DNA of 33,105 nt, taken from Trichosphaerium sp. ATCC 40318. Lineage: Eukaryota; Protista; Tubulinea. The notes beneath the pieces are model-generated. The model had not been told where the DNA came from. It did no database searches and was given only the letters and a program-made list of their open reading frames with translations. The first letter of the stretch is position 1; the number at the start of each line of letters is the position of its first letter. The translations under genes were made by a program, and so were the position numbers. Positions 11,018 through 22,045 of the stretch are shown here, in pieces. The stretch covers positions 1-33,105 of the forward strand of contig JALMLS010000045.1 in NCBI GenBank assembly GCA_038496445.1. Direction: 5' to 3'.

Positions 11018-13005
11018 ATGTCACAACGTCTAGTATTAACCATCCCTCATCTGGATAGCTCCAGAGCCAACCGCAAAGGTAGAGGTCCTAATAAACGTCG
11101 TCGTAGAGAAGATGATCACTACGATGACGATGATGACGGTTCTTCCTTTTTGCCTGACGTCTCACAAGAATGCAAACGGTTTGACAATATATCTTCCTTA
11201 CAACATAGCATTTTCCAAACAAATCCATCTTTTCAATACTTCCCACAAAATTCTCACTTTATTAGCTTCCTCAACGAACCATTCGAAACTGTTGATGGGT
11301 ATCCCCTTATTGTTGTCGTCAATGATGCCTCGATTACCTCTAGAGGTATTTCGGTGTCTGTCGAAGATATTGCAGAAGGCATCGAAATCAACAGGTTCCA
11401 AATGGGACCGGAATTTATGCCTATGGTCTACGTCTTTTTACCTGACGCCACCTCTTGCCGCGAACTTGCCCTTCGCTTGGAACGACGCCCAAAAACCCAT
11501 GTCTTCTATGCCAAAAACACCGATTGTGCGGTTGCTACTTTGATCTCAGTCACCAGAGGTATCGTAATCGCAACCTCTCCTTTTTACATAAATCGTCATC
11601 TTAAAAATTTCCTCTTTCAAAATCAAACGTCCTTTGCCTTTAAAAACCAATTCTGCACCACGAACTATATCACCTTATCAGTTAAAATAGTTCTCAAAAA
11701 ATTTCCAAAAAAAATATTTTTTCTTTTTCCTCGTACCTCTCTAAAACATCCATCTTCAAATTTCCCTTTCAAAATCACAAGTTTACCAATTCTACATGAC
11801 TATATAAATACAAAAACTCATTTTAAAATAGGAAAGCTCATCGATCCATCCATTACCAACATTGTGGGTGCCCACAATCGTAAAGCTAATCGCCGCAAAG
11901 TCCGCAATAACTCAGTTATGTTGGCGGCTTCTTGGAATAAGAATCATCAATATGGCGGTGCGGTCTTCGTAGACGCTCATTCTAGGAATGATGCGGTTCG
12001 AATGACCAACACGTTCGGCGAAGACAACTGGACCATGTTTCTCCAAGTTTCTTACAAACCACATCACAAGTACACCCTTATCGTTCCCAAGATGCCACGT
12101 GGTTTGCCAATCGCCACTGGTCTCAAATATGTCCACAAGCTTTTTAAAGATAGGCTTAACACCAAAGATCTTGCACCTGCAATGGATCCTCGCAAAGATG
12201 ACGCCATAGATGGATGCGTTTATGTCACTCTTACCAAAAATGCTTTTGAAGATGAAATTACGTATCTTGCCTCTCCTGAACTTTACTATAACAGGTCTCT
12301 CCTCGACAGACTACCAATGGAACCTATGAACGGATTCAACTACAAGGAGGGTAGATGTACCAATGACGGTAAACCCGTTAAACCAAATAACCCAGCTCTC
12401 CTCACTATGCATAACGAAATAGTTTATGTTAAAGGAATGATTCAAGGTCTCTCAGGAAACGTGGTCTCTCTCCTCAAAGTGCAAGTATTTTTTTACCTTT
12501 GTAAACCTTCATACAACCAATATTCTCACATTCATAATTTAGTATCAATGACACTCGTGAACTTGTCACTAGAGAAATCCTTAAAAACGGCGGCAACATC
12601 AACAACGGAAACTCCTCCAACGCAACAAACACCTCTAAAGACGTCAAAGATAAGAAAGAGAAAAAAGAAAAGAAGAAAACTACCTATATTGATGTCACCG
12701 AAGACAATGAAATCTCATGGTCTGAAGTTGCAGATGACTCTGACGAGGAGATGTCAGATGTCAAAAATATTATCGAAAAAGAAAATATCGATCCAAACAC
12801 GGGTCTCGGTTCAGGAAGAGTTCGTAGAGTTGCTACCAGGTCATCCAGATCTCGCTCTAAGGCAAGAGCAGAGACTGGAAAAAAATCCAACACCCCTAAG
12901 CCTAATCTCGATGACTACTTGGGTGACGTCGAATGTGACATCGGTCTCAGCAAAGCTACTCAAGAAAAATTGGATAAGCTCTCGGCACCTAAACAAGACG
13001 CATAA
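11018..13005 (+). CDS. Retroelement ORF1, spliced form (~521 aa): exons 11018-11178, 11266-11558, 11832-12480, 12543-13005
   Basis: Three AT-rich blocks with splice ends interrupt protein-like sequence: gtttga..ttctcac..attag (87 nt), gtatcg..aaaatag (273 nt), gcaagt..ttctcac..atttag (62 nt, GC-AG). Removing the third joins the protein-like frame INDTRELVTREILKNGG...KQDA*. No RRM or CCHC motif was recognised. Confidence 0.6.
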
Positions 13006-13052
13006 AAAACGTACTAACTTACAAATATATTGGTATTCAAGGCTCTGTTTCA

Positions 13053-13577
13053 TCATAAATAAAATAATTGCTCCTCTTTTGTCTTCTTTATTCTACAAAA
13101 CATTTGATTCTTGTCTATATGTACGACACTCACTTGTTCACAAAATTCAATACAATGTCTTTCTTACCATTATACTCCCCAAAGGTATAATGTGCCTTAT
13201 GCGATGTGTTCTCATTTTCCCCTCTGCTATTCGTAACATAATTTTGCACGCCTCTCTCTCTTTCTGCTCGCAACATATACACATGACTCTCTCCACGCGC
13301 AACATATACACTGCGGCGGTTTTCGTCATAATCATATATAAATGCTTTTTTCTTTGCGCTATAAACAATGGAAAACGTTATAATACCAATATCTGTAATT
13401 GTACACACAATGGAATAAACTTTGCTCGCATTTCTAGAATTAGTTACTATCACACCCATGTTCGTAAGTTTACAGCCCTTGTAGACGAGAACACAAGCGT
13501 ATCTCTGGTTTTTAAAATAAATAATTATGTTAAGCAATAAACATAATTACGGTCTTCGTTCCAGAACTAAAGGGCAT
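13053..13577 (-). CDS. Putative spliced antisense gene inside the retroelement (~145 aa): exons 13577-13551, 13504-13134, 13092-13053
   Basis: ATG at 13577, then minus-strand introns GTAATT..cttaac..CAG (13550-13505) and GTGAGT..TTTTGTAG (13133-13093). The first intron joins in phase with the 135-codon antisense ORF. Confidence 0.4.
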
Positions 13578-16500
13578 TCTGGTACAAGACCTGGTACTAA
13601 CGGTACTGAACACAGAGAAGTAGAAATCCGGAATATTGCAAAAAGATATAACAATGGAGGTTTCTCTAAAAATGAAATAACGAACAAACAATTAGAATTC
13701 GCCATCAGAGCGGACAACACAGACCACATAGACATTAACGGCGACAGAAGCTGTATTAAAGTATGTTCAATCAATTGTCGTGGTAAATGGTTTATTAGCT
13801 CGGGTTTAATTATGTTACAAGCCAGGAAAATGCAAGCAGATGTCATCATGGTTCAAGAAATGATGTGCAATAAATCAGAATTACAATACGATACAGATCC
13901 AGTCCTCCTAGACAAATATAAAATGTACACCAACCTACTTACGATAGAAGACAAAAGAGAGAAATGGTTTCGTGGGCAATTAACCAAACTGAGCTCTAGG
14001 CTCACGGAAGAAGAAAGAAATATAGCAATAAGTAAACTAAAATCGCAAAAACAAAAACTTAAAGTATTTAAAAAATCGGAGGGTATCAGCATCTTTATTC
14101 GTAAAGAACTAGTAGACAAAGTCAAAGAAGTTTACTATGACACATCCAGAAAACTCATGATTGTTGCCATTGGTGATGAAAATACCACCATAATCCTTGT
14201 GAATATATACTCACCAAGTAGTGGATCCAAAGAACAAGACTCCTTTTTTCGCAAAGTAAATAACATAATAAAAGTTTACACAAATAAATTCAATAGTACT
14301 AAGAAACACGTTATCATGGGTGGTGATTTCAACTCGGTCCTTAACAAAGACACAGACAGATGGTATGCAATAAATCATAATATGCAATTCTCAGATCACA
14401 CATCGGAAGCCCTTACGGACCTAATGTTAGATCATGATCTAGTGGCAGCTCATAGAATATTATACCCAGAAAAAGAAATGTACATGAGAGTGGGCATGAA
14501 ATACATCAATAAAGAACACATATACAGCTGCAAAGCGCTTCTTGATTTCTTCCTCGTTAAAAAAACAGATGAACTTAGAATATGGAACTTCTCTATCGAC
14601 GATGATCCGTTCACAGACAGTGACCATTACCCTATCTTACTTGAATTTGAATGGTGGTGGAAAGGGAACATTGACGGGAGTTAAACTAGAACAACCTAAA
14701 GATAGCCTTAACACTAAAAACGACAGTCTCGGATTACTCAACGACAAATTAATCAGTGATACACTTCACCGTAACTTCAACAGATGGCTAAACAATGATT
14801 CGCTAGATAGCCTAGACAAGTTAGCAAGTAATTTAACGGAAGAAATCTACGACAATTGCAAAGATATAGTGGGCACCAAACATCGCGAATTCCGTAAAAC
14901 CAGAACATCTAATGACCCTGAATTACGAAAATGGGGCAACCTAAAACATAGAATGCAAAAGCTAATGAATAACTCTAAAGATCCTATTGACATGTCAAAC
15001 TCTGAAGTAAAATCATGCTACAATATCCTCCAAAATATCCGCAAAGAATGCAATAAATTAACTATACATGATGAAGACAAACTTATTAAAAACATAAAAG
15101 AAAAAGGAATCAATGAGGATCTAGGTGACTACATTAAAATCATAATTAAACATATTAAAATTAAACGTGATCAAAGAGCCGTAACATATAAAGCAAATTC
15201 AATCAAAGAAAAAATCAACAATCTTATTGACAAGTTCCACGACAACCCTAAAGCCTTCTTTGACAATTTGTTACAACGGAAAGGAGCTACAGTCAATAGT
15301 CCTCTCAAAGATCCGGATACGGGAATAGTCACAAATAACCACAAAGAAAAAATGTCACTATTTGTCAAAGTGTGGGACAAAATACTTAATAAAAAAGACA
15401 CTATACCCACCGGTGATCCTTATTGGTTTAATGAAGAGGTAGATACTTCCAAAGTTAAAATGGATACTAATACATTCTCTATGAAAGAATTAAAAGAAGC
15501 CATCGAAGCCACTAAAAGTTGGAAACAACAAGGCGAAGATAGAATACCTGCAGAGGTTTATAAAAAACTTAATGAACAATACTTAAAAATAATGCTTGGT
15601 CTGTTCAACGGATGCTACACCAAAGGTTACATGCCGGACACATGGAAAAGATCATACCTATACTTAATACATAAGAGGGGATCCACATCAACAGACCCCA
15701 AAAATTACCGTCCTATAGCATTATTGGCGGTCCAATATAAAATTTACACAAGATTACTTTACAACAGAATTCTAGAATATGTGGATGGTAATAACATCTT
15801 AGCTAATGAACAAAATGGTTTCAGACCTAAAAGGTCCACTGTAGGACACATCACCACACTTATAAATATCATTGAGGACAGAAGACAATTTGCCGAAAAA
15901 AAAAAGACTGGCAATGTTATTTATTGACATCAGTAAAGCGTTCGATTCAGTAGAACACTGGTCTATGATTAAAACACTCAAGTATTACAACTTCCCTACC
16001 ACTATGATCGAAGCAATCTCAGCGCTGTACAAAGGTTGCCTCGGGAAAATCCTTACTGTAGACGGTCTCTCTGAACAGTTTAACATCACCAATGGAGTCA
16101 AACAAGGAGACATCTTATCGCCCATGTTGTTCGTTCTTTGCCTCAACCCAATTATAAAATATATCTCCAACAACATCCAAGGATACCAATTTGCCAACAA
16201 TTCCAAAATACAAATCTCCATCTTAGCATATTGTGACGATATAGTTCTGATAGCCGAAAATAAAAACAACTTATCCAATGCCATGAATCACTTCCTTAAC
16301 TTCTGCGACTATAACGGTTGGAAAGTTAACCAAGCTAAAACAAAATACATGGGTTCAGAGGACGCAGACCCTCTCGTGCTCATTAGAAATAACGTAAACG
16401 TCGAATTTCCAGGTATCGACATTGGTAAATCATATAAATACTTAGGCATTTATATAAATATCAACTTAGACTGGAACCGAGATGCACAACTAGTTAAGTC

Positions 16501-18616
16501 TGCATACATCTATAGACTCAATCTAATATCAGGCCGAGCTGTACCGTATGATTGTAAGATAATAATAATAAACAGAGTATTAAATGAAGCCCTCAAATAT
16601 CATATGAACTTTTACTCATTCCCGTCTGAGATTATGAAAAAATTGAAAAAAGCCGTAGTACAAATGTTGTTCAGATCAATACCAATGACTTCTAGATCGA
16701 AACATTGCCAATTATGGGCTAGTCGTAATTTAGACGGTAAAGAAGTTGTACCACCTCTCTTGGCCAATCAAATAGCGCTAGTCGCCAACACATACAAGTT
16801 TGCCTTGAATGCCGAAAACGGTTCGCTACCACAAGTCACGACCAAACAAAGACTCGCTGATAACACCTTCCTTCCTTCAATTAATCGTAAAGGCCTTCGG
16901 CAAGCAGCCACCACACACAATGCTAAAACCATTATTATTAAAAAAAATGACGACAGAATCACAATGTACAAAAAAATGTTACTCGGTATGAACATGTCAT
17001 GCGTAACCAGTATCACAGAAGCTCCCCCTTTACCAATTATGTTAAACGAGCAACAATGCGAAACTCTTAAAGATATAGGACTCTTGGATGACATCTCTAA
17101 AGTCAATGTTATCCGCAACGGTAGATTAGTGGACAGAAAAGAAATATGCAATCTCTTTGGCAAAACAGTTTCCGAATACAAATATCATGCACTCGCCAAG
17201 GTCATCACAGAAGGCAACAACAAAGCAATTAAAAATACACTTAACAAGGCAACCTTATCCAGTAATAGCATCGCGACTATCAATAGTAGTATAGACGATG
17301 ACTGGTACTGGCACGACGATACCGTCTGTGTTTGGACAGACGGATCTAGAATCCAAAAGAAAAACGGCAATGTGGCTGGTGTTGGGGTCTTCTTTGGAAA
17401 AGGCAATCTCAATAATCTAGCCTGTAGAGCCGTTACCAAACAAGATATTGACGCAGCTGAATTAGAAGCAGCTATAGTAGCTGTTAAAGTAGTACCTATT
17501 GACCAACCAATGCACCTTTTTACGGACTCAACTTACGTCATTAAAATGGCTTGTAAAGACAAGGTCTCCCCTTTCTCTTCTAACGCCATTGCCATCAAAG
17601 AACTTCGAGACGCGCTTAAAGATAGAACTAATAAAGGAGGAGAATGCCTCATACACAAAGTACCAAGTCATTACAATAAAAAAGTCAAGGCATACAAAAA
17701 AGAACCTAACCGCATGAAAAGATTAATGTCTGAAGTCAGCACTCTTAAAAATTCGTTTGGTAGTAATATCGAATGGATACTCGAAGGTAATGAACAAGCG
17801 GATAAACTCGCAAATCTAGGAAGAGAAGCAGACGAAACAGAAGGGAAAATACTTAACGGAACCCTAGATTACACGCTATACAACTCACAACTTAAACCGG
17901 TCGAGGGCAACATACGTAAATATATAGCGGACAACTTCAAAGAAAAAGCTAATAAAGAACTTATCAAGCGTAGACCTATTATGGCCAAAGCAGACATGGA
18001 TCTGTCGGCGATAAATTTTGGTAAACCCGACTTCACCATGAAAAAAATTAATACTACATTATTTAAAGCCAGAAATGGTAAACTATGCACACGTGAAATT
18101 ATGCACAAAAGGTCCATTGAAAACTGGCCAGGTGTTAATAAAGAAAAATACGCGGACAATGTTTGCATGTTCTGCAATGAAATTGAATCTAACCTACACG
18201 TGATAGCAGATTGCCCTAAATACGAAAGCTCCCGACAAGAAGCAGCTAAAGAAATTAAAGAAGTCATGAAGGAATATCTACCTCGTGCCAACTACAAAAG
18301 ATTTTGGTTGTCGTCTAATGACATTTGCTCGTTTCGACGTAACACTGCGCCAGATCTAGAAACTAAAGAACTAATATCCAAAGCCTACATACCTAAAAAA
18401 CTAGTCAACAATCTCAAAGATCAGGGATGCGATTCAGTCGCTGTCTCCAAGGCGCTGAAAAAAGTTCACCTTGTTCTAGCAAATATGATACACGTAATTT
18501 ACCAAAAAAGATGTAAGCTCCACGAACAATGGTGGATAGACTACAATACTGAATTCGTCGAATGCCCGGAAATGGAGGATATATACCGTCGTTTCGCTGG
18601 CACGCCAATCACGTAA
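13527..18616 (+). CDS. Retroelement ORF2 (APE endonuclease, reverse transcriptase, RNase H, C-terminal CCHC), split by two +1 frameshifts
   Basis: APE: SINCRG, VQE, NIYSP, GGDFN, LDFF, SDHYP. RT: NYRPIALL, QNGFRP, DISKAFDSV, GVKQGDILSP, YCDD, YKYLGI. RNase H: VWTDGS, AELEA, FTDSTYV, GNEQADKLA. CCHC: CMFCNEIESNLHVIADC. Frame changes occur at ~14650-14684 and at the A10 run 15896-15905. Confidence 0.93.
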
Positions 18617-18898
18617 ATCATATATCACTACGCCCTGGGGCCGCTTAGGCGAGCCCTGAAGGGCTACAATGGGTTATTATCCGAACTATCTTCTTCCATG
18701 TTAAAATTCTCTACTGGAGAATTCGGAGAAGATACACGGCGGCTACCGCCGCCGTGACTTACGTGAGAGCCGACTATCGGCCTTCGGAGAAGGAGACAAA
18801 ACAAGAGACTTGTTTTGACTTTTACCCATTTAATACAATACAATACAATTTTGAGCCAAATATTTCGCTTATTTCAGCAAGGTAAAACGCACGTTACC

Positions 18899-20213
18899 AT
18901 GAGTACTTTGCCTGTGTTCTTTCCACATGCAGAGCAACCAGACATTGTACGAGCTAGTCAAAAAGACGAATATTACAGGCGCTCGTTGTGTGATAAGTAC
19001 TTTAAGATTTGTAATCGGTACGTTGGGTCTTTCTGTATGTTAAAACGAAATTACGTATTTTGGTTAATAACTATCACGTAGCGTTATGGGACCGCGTTTT
19101 GCCACGCGTTTTAAAGAAGAACTGACACTAGTACGTAGTATTCCTTATCGTGTACCCACTCTAACTTTATAGGCGTCTGATAGCACTTACTTTGGCCTTT
19201 GCACTTTACTGGGGCGAAAGACGCTTGGAGAAGAGTATTGTGACATCTTACAAGTAAATGGCAGCAATGTGTCACCCTATTTTTATGTATGCTACAATTC
19301 TTCAATTTACAACAGCCTAACGAGCAACATAGGAGCGCGTTGCACTTGGTATATGGCAAATAATCGTACCTTACTTATACAACAAATTATGTTCAAAGCT
19401 ATTACGCTTAGCACGGCCTGCTATCCGTCTACCAAACTTCAAAAGTACGAACCCTCAGTAAATGTCAAGATTTTTTAACCAAATTGAAGGAAAAAAGCAG
19501 TGGATAGATATAGAACTCAGCGAAGAAAGAAAGGATCAGATCAATAAATATGTACCACAATTCAAACAGATAATGGACATTATACAACGGCTGCATGTCG
19601 GTGTGTTCTACTTTACAGGTACACTTGCTAAATCCTAGAAACTTTATACTTTTTGGCGTAATTGACTGTTTAAGGCGTGTTTTATCATTGGTCTAATAGA
19701 CTTGTGAACATACGTTACGTACGTTGAGCATAAAAATAGCGCAGTACTAAATACCTGGTCAGATATTTAATAGAAAACTTGATGAACAACGACCTCGATA
19801 CATGATACTTGGCCTTCTTATATTCATACAAATTTTCATTGCTTTGGCAATTTGGACGCATGAACGAATCAAGAAACCTGACACAGAGTACACAAGGGTT
19901 GTCGTTGGATATATTAGCCTAATGTATTCCTCTAGAAACCAGGAAGAAATAACCGAAACACCCCAGGCTTATGTTGTGAGTCCGGGAACTTGCTCGCTCT
20001 GTCTTGAAAACCGAACACACTCCACATCCACGCCATGTGGTCACTTATACTGCTGGAGTTGTATAACAGAATGGAGTAATACAAAAGTAAGTTTGGACTT
20101 TTTTTTTTACAATGCAATTTTGTTCTTGTCATTAATCTGGACTTTAGTTGGCATGTCCAATGTGCCGCGCACCATTCAAGAAAAAGGAATTGATGCGCGT
20201 ATACGGCATATGA
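18899..20213 (+). CDS. PEX10: Peroxisome biogenesis factor 10 (RING peroxin), multi-exon
   Basis: FPHAEQPDIVRASQKDEYY, TLGEEYCDI, LHVGVFYF-x-GVFYHWSNRL and the C-terminal RING CSLCLENRTHSTSTPCGHLYCWSCI...CPMCR. Confidence 0.92.
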
Positions 20214-20477
20214 GCTTAAGAGTTTTGCACAGTGTACATAATAAAATTTCTGTAAGACAGCCTTCTCTGCGTACATGCTGTGGTGAATGCTGAGAATGGG
20301 CGAAACCAGTACAATTCAGCAAGAGTTTTGATAGTACTCACAAACCGCGATTTTTTGGTAGTCTATTTATTGTCAGTGATTTTCTTGACTGCTGTAAAAA
20401 ATAATAGTGTATAGCTTGGTAACGCATACATCGTTGTAGAATTACATCTATAGTATTGAATTCACTCACACAACAAA

Positions 20478-21123
20478 ATGAATAGAGCCAACTTGGTTGT
20501 TACGTTTTTAAAGAGGAAGAACTGCTCGCTATGCGACAAAGCTATGGAGAAGCTTCAGATTGTTCAAAAGAAAGTAAGTGATTTTAAACCAGCTCTATGC
20601 TGTATTCTCTTATCCTGAACGCCTTGGAGTGCCCTAACAAACTATTAGCAACCTTTTGAGCTGAAAGAGGTAAATGTCGATGTAGCTCATTATAGAGTGC
20701 GTATAAGCGTTTAATACATTCACAAGCGATCAAGTTCATCGTTTAATCTGTTTTTTTTATCCTTTGCCGCAATAAGCGCGTTTGTAGGTTTGACATGTAC
20801 CTAACATTGTTGCATAGGTATGGGCGCGTCGTTACATGTTCGATGTGCCAGTTGCTTTGGTTGATGGCAAAGAAATCTTCCGCCATCATTGTGATACTGA
20901 CAGAACGCTAAGGGCACTACAAAAAGAGCGTGCACGCCTAGATAAAATTCACGCTGCGCTCAAAGGACACGAGAGCATTCTTTCCCAGAAAGACAAAGAA
21001 ACCGTCCTATCGCGACGTAATGTCATTGATCATGATATCAAAACAACACCAATTGAAGAAACAAGCGAAGAAGTTCGTGCTCATCTCACCCCAGAGCAAC
21101 TCGCACTCGAGGAGAAAAACTAG
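20478..21123 (+). CDS. Glutaredoxin-like protein (DUF836-type), multi-exon
   Basis: VTFLKRKNCSLCDKA (CxxC), then FELKEVNVD and RYMFDVPV, followed by a C-terminal extension. Confidence 0.75.
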
Positions 21124-21665
21124 ATACACAACTGGCAGCAAAAGAAACCAAAAAAAACAAGAATCGATCATTTGGATTATTGGTATTTTTTTTTTATTAT
21201 TTCAGGTTGTTCCGCTTGCTGTGTTGCTTCTACAATCAAAAAGGGGCACCAATAGCTTTTTTTTACAAGCAGAAGAGGAAAAAAAAGTGGTTCAATTGAA
21301 GTGTTTGTCCAAAATGTGATTATATGTACAGTTGTAATTACCTTAATTTGAAGCCTTTACGACTCCATGATCGTCTGTTTTATTGTACATGCTAGTGTTG
21401 TATTTTTTCACGTTGTGTTATTCTTTGTGAGTCTTTACACAAAGCTCCCTTTCAGGAAAAAATGAAAAATAGGAGTTGACATGAACGACTTCAATTTTCT
21501 TAGACTTCTCACCAATTTATACAATACCAGCGACAATACACGTGTTGTTACCCTATACCAGTGTTTCCATAAAAGTGTGAAACTATGCTTAGTAACGTCC
21601 AAGTTGTGAGTGTGTAGGTTTCAATTTCAACGTTCACGTTGTCGCATAGTCCCAGTAAATAACTG

Positions 21666-21859
21666 TGTAACGCTAAGAATTCCTATAGAACTCGGATAGA
21701 ATTCGTATGGAATTACTTGAGGAACTCTCAATGAGAAGTAGAAAATATATGAAATTTCCCATAAATTTCTATCTGTTTTCTATCAGTTATCTACTCTACT
21801 TAACTTGTAAATATTAATAAATTAGAACTTACATCAACCTCAACAACTGTTCCGTTACA
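21666..21859 (+). repeat. 5' LTR
   Basis: Terminal inverted ends tgtaacg...cgttaca; identical by eye to 24319-24512. Confidence 0.95.
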
Positions 21860-21861
21860 TT

Positions 21862-21876
21862 TGGCGACACGATCTG
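21862..21876 (+). promoter_or_regulatory. Primer-binding site
   Basis: TGGCGACAC... starts 2 nt after the LTR and is complementary to a tRNA 3' end (..GCCA). The tRNA identity was not determined. Confidence 0.7.
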
Positions 21877-22045
21877 ATTTGATACCCTGTGGACCCTCCA
21901 ATTTGGAGATCTAAACGGATAAAATACTTTTGGAGATAAATACTTAAAGGCACATATCGTTGTAGGTTCGGTTAAATAAGCCTACCTGAATAGCTACGTT
22001 CTGTATGACATTAGAGTCCCTAAGAATTCTGCAAAATTAGAAATC

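Larger units (their letters stand above)
10214..18846 (+). mobile_element. Apparently full-length non-LTR retrotransposon, L1/Tx1-like, with RNase H
   Basis: Candidate 9-bp TSD aattttgag (10205-10213 and 18847-18855) and a 3' (AATAC)3 tail at 18832-18846. ORF1 is followed by APE-RT-RNase H-CCHC ORF2, and most of the element shows an A/C strand skew. An alternative TSD, ttttgagcc (10182-10190 and 18849-18857), would move the 5' end by ~23 bp. Confidence 0.88.

Noticed and set aside
15896-15905. Second +1 frameshift in ORF2 as a programmed event
   Set aside because: It lies in an A10 run inside the RT domain, and removing one A restores FAEKKRLAMLFID. A homopolymer sequencing error or slippage mutation is the simplest explanation.
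13547-18608. Numerous 60-140 aa antisense ORFs opposite ORF2 (and opposite the F-box and RING genes)
   Set aside because: Shadow frames of real coding sequence with no motifs.
10249-18776. tatagtcc (5' UTR) and gacta (3' UTR) as P7 halves of a permuted group I intron
   Set aside because: Only 5-8 nt matches. J8/7, P, Q and J6/7 consensus are missing, and gacta sits within a local hairpin.
18765-18795. gagagccg... as group II intron domain V
   Set aside because: No 34-nt DV geometry, GNRA loop or GTGCG 5' end, and the RT is clearly non-LTR type.
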